Positions 17,267 through 24,000 of a stretch of 24,000 nucleotides of DNA are shown one piece after another (position 1 is the first letter of the stretch; the number at the start of each line of letters is the position of its first letter). The notes below the pieces were generated by a model that ran no database searches, was not told where the DNA came from, and saw only the letters and a list, made by a program, of their open reading frames with translations. The position numbers and the translations under genes were made by a program. This DNA is from Bacteroidetes bacterium endosymbiont of Geopemphigus sp. (lineage in GTDB: Bacteria; Bacteroidota; Bacteroidia; Flavobacteriales; Blattabacteriaceae), in contig NZ_PEIH01000005.1 in the NCBI RefSeq assembly GCF_002904345.1, positions 92,449-116,448 on the forward strand, read 5' to 3'.

Positions 17267-18310
17267 TCAATAACTTGTCTCATCTAACTTAACTTTCCCT
17301 TTGAAAGTATAAAAAACAAAAGCGGTGTAGCTCATTACCAGCGGAGCTCCTATAATGACAAAAACCGACATGATTTTCAGCGATCGAATCGAGGCTGTGG
17401 CATTATATATTGTAAGGTTGTAGGTTGGATCAATAGAAGAGCGAATGATCACAGGAAAGAGCTCAATAACAACGGTTAAAAAAAGAAGCACCATGGTAAA
17501 GGCAGAGAACACAAAAGCAGAAATAAATTTATTTCTGTTGATTTGTCTTGTAATATTGGCAATGCTCAGCACCATACATACCGGAATGAAAAACAACCAT
17601 GGATTTGCTTGAATATTTCTACTCATACGTGGCACGTATAAAATTGTATAAAAACTCAGTAAAAGCACGCTGATAATAAAGAAAATGGTGGTGTCGCGCA
17701 CAATGATTCGAAGTTTTTGATGTAAGTGCTCCTGAGTTTTCATCACCAAATAAATCGCTCCGTGCATCATAAATAAGCTCAGGGTGGTAATACCAACAAA
17801 AACGGAATAAGGATTAAAAAAGAAAAGCGGGTCACCATGAAAGTTACCATCGGCATCTATAGGAATACCCAAAAGTACGTTTCCCAGAAAAATACCTAAC
17901 AATAAAGACATACATATGCTCGATAGGCAATAAGAGATATCCCACATCTTTCGCCACCAAGCCATAGGTTCCTTACTTCGAAATTCTATAGAGACCGCCC
18001 TGAAGATCAACATTACGAGAAATATCATAAAAGGCTCATAAAAAGAGGTCAGCAAGGCAGCGTATACTTTTGGGAAAGCAGCAAAAAGAGAGCCACCTCC
18101 GATAACCAGCCATACTTCATTTCCATCCCATACCGGACCTATGGCATTGAGCGCTATGCGACGACTGTTTTTTTTTTTGAGAAAAAGATGCACTGCGCCG
18201 GCACCCAGATCGAAACCATCCAATATAGCATAGCCGGCAAATAAACCGAATATCACCAAAAACCACCAGCTCGGATAATCCAAATTGAAAAATTGCTCGA
18301 GTATCATCAT
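17267..18310 (-). CDS. cydB: Cytochrome bd ubiquinol oxidase subunit II
   Basis: 347-aa polytopic membrane protein with the CydB-type GPVWDGNEVWLVIGGGSLFAAFP segment. It starts 7 nt after the cydA stop. Confidence 0.9.
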   Translation of the reverse strand: MMILEQFFNLDYPSWWFLVIFGLFAGYAILDGFDLGAGAVHLFLKKKNSRRIALNAIGPVWDGNEVWLVIGGGSLFAAFPKVYAALLTSFYEPFMIFLVMLIFRAVSIEFRSKEPMAWWRKMWDISYCLSSICMSLLLGIFLGNVLLGIPIDADGNFHGDPLFFFNPYSVFVGITTLSLFMMHGAIYLVMKTQEHLHQKLRIIVRDTTIFFIISVLLLSFYTILYVPRMSRNIQANPWLFFIPVCMVLSIANITRQINRNKFISAFVFSAFTMVLLFLTVVIELFPVIIRSSIDPTYNLTIYNATASIRSLKIMSVFVIIGAPLVMSYTAFVFYTFKGKVKLDETSY

Positions 18311-18317
18311 CGCTTTG

Positions 18318-19694
18318 TTATTTCAAAATTTGTGTGCCCATTGATTTATGTAGCGGGCTATGATCTATATCACCCCTAGAATAGGGTCCATGCTGAATTT
18401 TTTTATGCAAAAGGTAAATAAAGAGTACAAATAAAAGCGTGTATACAAGGGTAAACATAATCAGTGAGAAAAGCACCTGATGCGCTTTTACTGATTGGGA
18501 TAAAGCATCGGAGGTGCGCAACAAACCATATACTACCCAAGGCTGACGACCTGTTTCGGCGGTAAACCATCCTGCCTGGTTGGCTAATTGAGGAAGAAGC
18601 ACGCTCCACACAAAAATTTGTAACAACCAGGGCTTGTCAAAAAATACTCCTTTCCAGAGTAAAAAATAAGAGTACAAGGTAAGAAAAATCATAAAAACAC
18701 CTATGATTAACATCAGGTGGTAAGTTTGAAAAACCAAATTGGGCGCGCCGGGCCGATCTTCCCGGGGAAAAGCTTGTAGTCCTTTTACAGGATGAGAAAA
18801 ATCCTGGTGAAGTAAAAAGCTTAGGCCACCGGGAATTTTTAATCCTTTCACTTGCTCTTTGTATGCATCTACATAACCGAAAAGATATAAATCGGCCGGC
18901 GCCATGGCCGGATAATGCCCTTCCATAGCGGCTAATTTCGTCGGCTGGTACTTCGCCACGATTCCTGCCGATTGATGACCTGAAAAGAATTGGCTTACGC
19001 AAGAAAAAGTAGCTACGAGCAAAGCCAAGCGGAAGGTGCGACGGGAAAAATCCACATATCGATTCTTAAGAATATAATAAGCGCTGATACTCAAAACTAA
19101 AAAAGATCCGGAGATAAAAGCGCCCAGCCAAACGTGCAAAATACGCTCTAGAGAAGAGGGATTGAGTGCCATGGCCCAAAAATCCGTGATCTCCGCTCTC
19201 GCTCGCAATCCTTGACCTACTACTTTAAAGCCTGTGGGAGTTTGTTGCCAGGAATTGGCTACCACAATCCATATAGCCGAGAACATTGAACCAAGTGTCA
19301 CCATAACGGTAGAAAAAAAGTGCATGCGCGCACTTACCTTATTCCATCCGAATAAAAGGACTCCCAAAAAACCTGATTCCAAAGCAAAGGCGAAAATTCC
19401 CTCAGCGGCCAGGGCGCTTCCGAAAACATCACCCACATATTTCGAGTAGGTAGCCCAGTTGGTACCGAATTCAAACTCCATAACGATACCTGTAGCCACG
19501 CCGATACCGAAGATCAAGGAAAAGATCTTGGTATAAAAGCGAGTCATCTTTTCATATATGGGATTTTTGGTTTTCAAATACATCCCTTCCATCATGACCA
19601 TAACCAAACCGAGTCCGATACTTAAAGGCGGATAGATGTAATGAAATGAAATAGTAAAAGAAAATTGTATACGCGAGAGCAGTTCTACGTCCAT
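18318..19694 (-). CDS. cydA: Cytochrome bd ubiquinol oxidase subunit I (short Q-loop type)
   Basis: 458-aa membrane protein. Motifs: LSRIQFSFTISFHYIYPPLSIG (heme-ligand His), WNKVS, GWFTAETGRQPWVVYGLLRT. Confidence 0.9.
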   Translation of the reverse strand: MDVELLSRIQFSFTISFHYIYPPLSIGLGLVMVMMEGMYLKTKNPIYEKMTRFYTKIFSLIFGIGVATGIVMEFEFGTNWATYSKYVGDVFGSALAAEGIFAFALESGFLGVLLFGWNKVSARMHFFSTVMVTLGSMFSAIWIVVANSWQQTPTGFKVVGQGLRARAEITDFWAMALNPSSLERILHVWLGAFISGSFLVLSISAYYILKNRYVDFSRRTFRLALLVATFSCVSQFFSGHQSAGIVAKYQPTKLAAMEGHYPAMAPADLYLFGYVDAYKEQVKGLKIPGGLSFLLHQDFSHPVKGLQAFPREDRPGAPNLVFQTYHLMLIIGVFMIFLTLYSYFLLWKGVFFDKPWLLQIFVWSVLLPQLANQAGWFTAETGRQPWVVYGLLRTSDALSQSVKAHQVLFSLIMFTLVYTLLFVLFIYLLHKKIQHGPYSRGDIDHSPLHKSMGTQILK

Positions 19695-19722
19695 AGGTTT
19701 TTAGGTATAATGAACTTATTAA

Positions 19723-19730
19723 CAAATTTA
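19723..19730 (-). promoter_or_regulatory. -7 box candidate (TAAATTTG) upstream of cydA
   Basis: Matches TAnnTTTG on the minus strand and ends 28 nt upstream of the cydA ATG (19692-19694). Confidence 0.35.
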
Positions 19731-20936
19731 TAAAAAATTTAATATGATATTTATGGTAAATAAATAAATGCAACGCGACAGAAATAGAAAGCTTCCTTCT
19801 CGCTTTCTAAGGCCATCTTAAGAATATCCATTTTGAAGAGAGAGGCGGAGCTCATAGATCGCAAGGGGATCGCTCCATCTTTCCGAAGGTTTCCAAAAAA
19901 GCTTCCTTAAAGAGCGAGGCTTTCTTTCCCGTGAAACTCATGGCAAAAAAAAGAAAAACCCGCGTGATAGTATATTGGGGTTTTTTCTCGCCCTTGTTGT
20001 CGGTATAATCAACGGGCTCAAAATTGAGACGGTTAAATCCTTCGCTGCAAAGGATGTTTTTATGTTCTTTTTAAACCTTCGACGAATAAGCCTTGAGCTT
20101 GTTCAGGTCTTTCCCTATTAGCTTGGTAACAGCGCTTTTTTATCTTTTCTATGCCGGACTGCACTATAAGAGAACATCGACATCCCTGATCGCACTTTTT
20201 TGATATTTATCATTATATTGGAAGAATATTAACCTAATTATTATGGATTACATGATTATTTAACTTATATAATATATATAATATCTTATGAAGGAGTACG
20301 TAACCAAACAATTATTGCCTTTATCTATATACTTTTTGGGCGGTTTCCTTCTAAGAAAGCGCCCTTTTCAAAGTGGAAGTTTTAGGGCCTGGTATTTAAT
20401 AAAAACATTTTGGGAAACCTCAGAAACACTAAGTCCAGTCTCGTTCCTTTGGAAAAAACATATCCTCCAACCTTACCTCTTAATTTATGCGTTGACGGCT
20501 TTTCGTCAGAGACGGCAGTTTAAAAATTCATAAAAAACAAGAGTTGTTCCCTATAAGGTGGTTTTCCAGGTATCTCTTCCCTGCTAAATCAAAAAAACAA
20601 TTCCCCCAGCAAATTAATAAAAAAGCTACAAAGTAATCTACGCACTTAACTTAAAACAAGGGTTTATTTTGTGATGTGCAGATCAACTAGAGGATCCTCT
20701 TTTTAGTATAAAAACAAGCCTGAACAGCTGACCTATGATGAGCTTAGGATTAAAAAATCTTTTTGTTCGTTAAAAAAACAAGAAATAAAATGCCAATCAG
20801 CGATATTTATCTTAATTTATCGAGTAGAGAATGATTGAAAAAATCCTTGCACAATATTGATTTTTTACATAAATCTCTTAAAAGATCAAGGATCTTTTAG
20901 ATATATCATATAAAAAGAGTTCATAAAGAATTGGTT

Positions 20937-20944
20937 TATATTTG
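20937..20944 (+). promoter_or_regulatory. -7 box candidate (TATATTTG) upstream of the acyl-CoA dehydrogenase gene
   Basis: Matches TAnnTTTG on the plus strand and ends 19 nt upstream of the ATG at 20964. Confidence 0.35.
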
Positions 20945-20963
20945 ATTTTTAAAATCCAATCCA

Positions 20964-22124
20964 ATGATGAATTTTAATCCATCTGAGTCTGAGAAAAAAT
21001 TTACCGACTCTGTAAAGAATTTTGCTCAGGAAAATATTGCGCCTTATTACCAGGAATGGGATGAAAAGGAAGCTTTTCCAAGGACGCTTTTTGAGCAAAT
21101 GGGCAAAAAAGGCTATACAGGCGCATTGGTTCCTGAACAATATCAAGGCAGTGCTCTTTCTTATTTTCAGTATGTCAGCCTTATTTCAGAGATCGCCCAA
21201 AAGGATCCTTCCATAGCCCTTTCAGTAGCTGCCCATAATTCACTATGCAGCAATCATATTCTATCATTTGGAAGCGATGAGCAAAAAAATCGCTGGTTGC
21301 CTCAACTCGCTTCAGGTCAATACATGGGCGCCTGGGCCCTTACCGAGCACAATACCGGATCCGATGCTAAAAATATGCATACCACAGCTTATAAAGACGG
21401 CAACGAATGGGTACTGAACGGTCAGAAAAATTTCATCACGCAAGGCATCAGCAGCGATGTGCTGGTTGTTATCGCGCGCACAGGAGAAAAAAGAGATCAT
21501 CATGGCATGAGCGCTTTTATACTCGAGAGGAATACTCCGGGTTTTTCATCAGGGATGAAAATAAAAAAACTCGGCATGCACGCCTCTGAAACAGCTGAGT
21601 TGTTCTTTAACAATTGCCGTCTTCCCGAGAATCATTGCTTGGGAAAAGTCGGAGAAGGTTTCATGCAAGCGATGAAAATTCTCGACGACGGTCGAATTTC
21701 CATAGGCGCCGTAGCGCTGGGCATTGCCAAAGGAGCCTTTGAAAACGCTTTGCGATACGCTCAGAAAAGAGAGCAATTTAGTAAGCCCATCGCAAGTTTT
21801 CAAGCCATCTCTTTTAAACTAGCGCAAATGGCCACAAAAATCGAAGCTGCTGAACTCTTAATACACAAAGCCTGCCATCAAAAACAAAAAGGATGCTCGA
21901 CAAATCTTGAGAGCGCCATGTGTAAATACTACGCCTCGGAAGTTGCTGTAGAAATCGCCAATGAAGCGGTTCAGACTTTAGGAGGTTATGGCTATACTAG
22001 AGATTACCCGGTAGAGAAATTCTATCGAGATGCCAAGCTCTGCACCATAGGCGAGGGTACTAGCGAGATTCTGCAATTGGTGATCTGTAAAAATCTCTTG
22101 AAAAAAATTGCCAAGAAATCTTAA
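20964..22124 (+). CDS. Acyl-CoA dehydrogenase (short/medium-chain type)
   Basis: 386-aa ORF. Motifs: GAWALTEHNTGSDA, NGQKNFITQG, ILDDGRISIGAVALGIA, YAQKREQFSKPI, GGYGYTRDYPVEKFYRDAKLCTIGEGTSEI (catalytic Glu region). Confidence 0.9.
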   Translation: MMNFNPSESEKKFTDSVKNFAQENIAPYYQEWDEKEAFPRTLFEQMGKKGYTGALVPEQYQGSALSYFQYVSLISEIAQKDPSIALSVAAHNSLCSNHILSFGSDEQKNRWLPQLASGQYMGAWALTEHNTGSDAKNMHTTAYKDGNEWVLNGQKNFITQGISSDVLVVIARTGEKRDHHGMSAFILERNTPGFSSGMKIKKLGMHASETAELFFNNCRLPENHCLGKVGEGFMQAMKILDDGRISIGAVALGIAKGAFENALRYAQKREQFSKPIASFQAISFKLAQMATKIEAAELLIHKACHQKQKGCSTNLESAMCKYYASEVAVEIANEAVQTLGGYGYTRDYPVEKFYRDAKLCTIGEGTSEILQLVICKNLLKKIAKKS

Positions 22125-22132
22125 AAAAAAAC

Positions 22133-23221
22133 TTACTCTTGCTCTTTTAGACGTTCGGCGTTTTCAACCATCCTAAGCGCATCGATCATCTCCTGAATTC
22201 TCCCGTTCATAAATTCATCGAGCGAGTAGATCGACTTATTAATCCGATGATCCGTAACCCTTCCCTGCGGATAATTATAAGTGCGGATTTTAGCCGAACG
22301 ATCTCCCGTGGAGACTAGAGACTTCCTTTCACTGGCGCGCTCCTGAGCCTTTTTTTCGAGCTCTACCTGATAAATACGCGCGCGAAGCACACTCAGAGCT
22401 TTCTCATAGTTTTTATGCTGCGAGCGCTCTTCCTGGCACTCTACCACCACACCTGTGGGAAGATGCGTTAAGCGAATGGCCGATTCGGTTTTATTTACAT
22501 GCTGTCCCCCCGACCCACTCGAGCGAAAAGTATCACGTTTAATATCGGCGGGATTGATGTCCACCTCAACGGCCTGAACCTCAGGTAAAACCGCTACGGT
22601 GATGGCTGATGTATGCACGCGGCCTTGCGACTCGGTCTCGGGGACGCGTTGTACGCGGTGTACACCCGATTCGAATTTTAAAATACCATAGACGCCTTCC
22701 TCGCCCCTCACATCGAGAATGACTTCTTTATAGCCTTTTACAGTCGATTCCTGAGCGTTAAGAATTTGATAACTCCAGCCACGTTCTTTAAAATACATAC
22801 TGTACATGCGTAAGATATTTTCCACGAAAATACAAGCTTCATCTCCTCCCGTGCCTACGCGTAATTCCACAATGACATTCTTATCATCTTCGGAGTCTTT
22901 TGGAATCAGCATATACTGGATTTGAGATTCCATTTGCTGAATTTCGGGTAAGAGTCGGTCTTTTTCTTCTTGTGCCATTCCCCTTAACTCTAAACTTTCA
23001 GAGCTTTGAGAGAGAATCTCTTGCGTCTCTTTTAAAGCATCATGTTTTTCCTTATAAAGTTGATAGAGGTATACAATTTTTTCAAGCTCTTTATATTGGC
23101 GAGAGAGTAGAGCATAATGCTTTTTATCGGTGATAACTTCCGGCTGAATAATCAGATCGGCGATCTCATCAAATCGCTGCCGGAGCTCACCGAGTTTTTC
23201 CATCAGGGAACTTTTCTTCAT
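22133..23221 (-). CDS. prfA: Peptide chain release factor 1
   Basis: GGQ motif SGSGGQHVNKTESA. RF1-type PxT tripeptide (RVPETESQGRVHTSA). The ORF is open to 23254, but a TAnnTTTG box at 23242-23249 lies downstream of that ATG. MKKSSLMEKLGELRQRFDE (ATG 23219-23221) or MEKL (ATG 23201-23203) fit RF1 N-termini better. Confidence 0.9.
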   Translation of the reverse strand: MKKSSLMEKLGELRQRFDEIADLIIQPEVITDKKHYALLSRQYKELEKIVYLYQLYKEKHDALKETQEILSQSSESLELRGMAQEEKDRLLPEIQQMESQIQYMLIPKDSEDDKNVIVELRVGTGGDEACIFVENILRMYSMYFKERGWSYQILNAQESTVKGYKEVILDVRGEEGVYGILKFESGVHRVQRVPETESQGRVHTSAITVAVLPEVQAVEVDINPADIKRDTFRSSGSGGQHVNKTESAIRLTHLPTGVVVECQEERSQHKNYEKALSVLRARIYQVELEKKAQERASERKSLVSTGDRSAKIRTYNYPQGRVTDHRINKSIYSLDEFMNGRIQEMIDALRMVENAERLKEQE

Positions 23222-23241
23222 GCTTTTTGCTTGATTTAGGG

Positions 23242-23249
23242 CAAAGATA
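23242..23249 (-). promoter_or_regulatory. -7 box candidate (TATCTTTG) upstream of prfA
   Basis: Matches TAnnTTTG on the minus strand and ends 20 nt upstream of the ATG at 23221. Confidence 0.35.
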
Positions 23250-23336
23250 AACAAGATTTTCCCTGAAGACTCTTAAGTTAGCGATATATAAAAAGACATG
23301 TTACCAAAACACATCACGTTAATATTATCAGTCATA

Positions 23337-24000
23337 TTACCTTATAAAAAGTAACTCTCGATATTTTGGAAAAGGCCATAAAGCATCTTCGGTAATCATT
23401 TCCAAGGCGTCGGATTCGGAACGAATTTTCTCGAGAAGAGGTCTGATATGTTCGGAAAAGGCTTTAGCTTTTTCGCTTATTTTAGAGTGCGCTAGAGCTT
23501 TTTTCCTTTCCTCATCAAGTTTACCGAGCAAATCGCCTATTTCAGAAAAACGACCGGATAAAACTGCGATTAAATCACTTTGATTCTTAGCAAGAGGTTT
23601 AAAGTCTTTTCCGTAAATTTCCTTAAGCCCCTTGACGTTCTCAATAAGCTGCGTTTGATAACGAAGAGCTGCCGGAAGCACATAATTACGTACCATATCG
23701 GCGAGAACTTCAGCTTCTATGGTAAAGAGCTTTACGTATTTTTCAAATTTAATCTCCGAACGTGCCTTAAGTTCACGTTCAGAAAGCACTCCGTTTTTTT
23801 CAAAAAGATGAATATACTCTTTCCGAATTTCATGCTCGAGAGCCACCGGAGTAGTGGTATGATTACTCAAACCTTTTTTTTGAGCCTCTTTTATCCAATT
23901 CGCGCTATAGCCGTCTCCTTCAAAAATAATCTTTTTCGAAGACTCAATGTACTCTCTCAAGACGTTTAAAATGGCATCGTCTTTTTTCATAGCCTTGTTT
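23337..24000 (-). CDS. Glutamine synthetase type III, C-terminal part (the N-terminus lies beyond the window edge)
   Basis: The frame is open through position 24000. The tail (FEGDGYSANWIKEAQKKGLSNHTTTPVAL ... VLSERELKARSEIKFEKY ... VLPAALRYQ ... WPFPKYRELLF) matches the C-terminal helical region of GSIII (GlnN-type) enzymes typical of Bacteroidota. Confidence 0.8.
   Translation of the reverse strand, partial: NKAMKKDDAILNVLREYIESSKKIIFEGDGYSANWIKEAQKKGLSNHTTTPVALEHEIRKEYIHLFEKNGVLSERELKARSEIKFEKYVKLFTIEAEVLADMVRNYVLPAALRYQTQLIENVKGLKEIYGKDFKPLAKNQSDLIAVLSGRFSEIGDLLGKLDEERKKALAHSKISEKAKAFSEHIRPLLEKIRSESDALEMITEDALWPFPKYRELLFIR

Noticed and set aside
19706-19711. TATAAT hexamers (19706-19711 and 20004-20009) as sigma70-type -10 boxes
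   Set aside because: The housekeeping sigma factor of Bacteroidota does not use the TATAAT/TTGACA consensus, and there are no matching -35 elements.
19552-19773. 73-aa minus-strand ORF upstream of and overlapping cydA, considered as a DUF4492/CydX-like small subunit
   Set aside because: About two thirds of it overlaps the cydA coding sequence in another frame. Its start lies upstream of the cydA -7 box candidate. The sequence does not look like a single-TM cyd-associated peptide.
20200-20213. TTGATATTTATCAT, a 9/10 match to the FNR/CRP-family box TTGAT-N4-ATCAA, considered as an oxygen-responsive site for cydAB
   Set aside because: It lies about 500 nt upstream of the cydA start, far from the promoter candidate, and it is in very AT-rich DNA where such a match is likely by chance.
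20288-20533. 81-aa + strand ORF (MKEYVTKQLLPLSIYFLGG...) inside the large intergenic gap
   Set aside because: It has no recognisable motif or domain and an odd composition. It has no TAnnTTTG box upstream and sits in AT-rich DNA, where ORFs of this size arise by chance. It is kept only as context for the gap finding.
19695-20963. Search by eye for tRNA, tmRNA, RNase P, SRP RNA or group II intron domain V signatures in the gap
   Set aside because: I saw no GGTTCGAATCC-type T-loop, no GGAAAGTCCGG P4 element, no SRP GGAAGCAGC motif and no domain V-like hairpin on either strand. Without a covariance-model search this is not conclusive.
22125-22132. Only 8 nt (an A-run) between the convergent stops of the acyl-CoA dehydrogenase gene and prfA, with no terminator
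   Set aside because: Tight convergent packing is consistent with the compact organisation of the rest of the window. I found no structure to interpret.

Overview
This window is a compact, moderately AT-rich (not computed) stretch of housekeeping chromosome. Sixteen of the 17 confident genes are on the minus strand. It most likely comes from a Bacteroidota genome. Evidence for that: A-rich leaders with no Shine-Dalgarno sequence, TAnnTTTG -7 boxes upstream of operon-first genes, a type III glutamine synthetase, an HsdR_N-like gene divergent from holA, and a GNAT-argG-argC arginine cluster. Gene order in + coordinates: argC (partial), GNAT::argG fusion, dnaE with an N-terminal proofreading exonuclease, ackA, pta, rocD-like aminotransferase, trxB, holA, HsdR_N-like PD-(D/E)xK protein (+), BadF-type sugar kinase, gap, pfkA, cydB, cydA, a 1.27-kb gap with no convincing gene, acyl-CoA dehydrogenase (+), prfA, and type III glutamine synthetase (partial). 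I found no rRNA or tRNA genes, CRISPR arrays, transposases, integrases, or any recognisable defence, toxin or secretion system. I do not think a novel multi-gene system is encoded here. The points worth a second look are single-gene or non-coding: (1) a GNAT acyltransferase fused in frame to argininosuccinate synthase; (2) an ornithine-aminotransferase homolog with several near-invariant family residues replaced, including the R413-equivalent arginine; (3) the 1.27-kb non-coding gap between cydA and the acyl-CoA dehydrogenase gene, which holds several hairpins, terminator-like elements and perfect palindromes and may be an sRNA locus or a gene remnant; (4) the epsilon-exonuclease::DnaE fusion sitting at the end of a trxB-rocD-pta-ackA-dnaE gene string. 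All calls come from reading the translations and sequence by eye. No database search was run.
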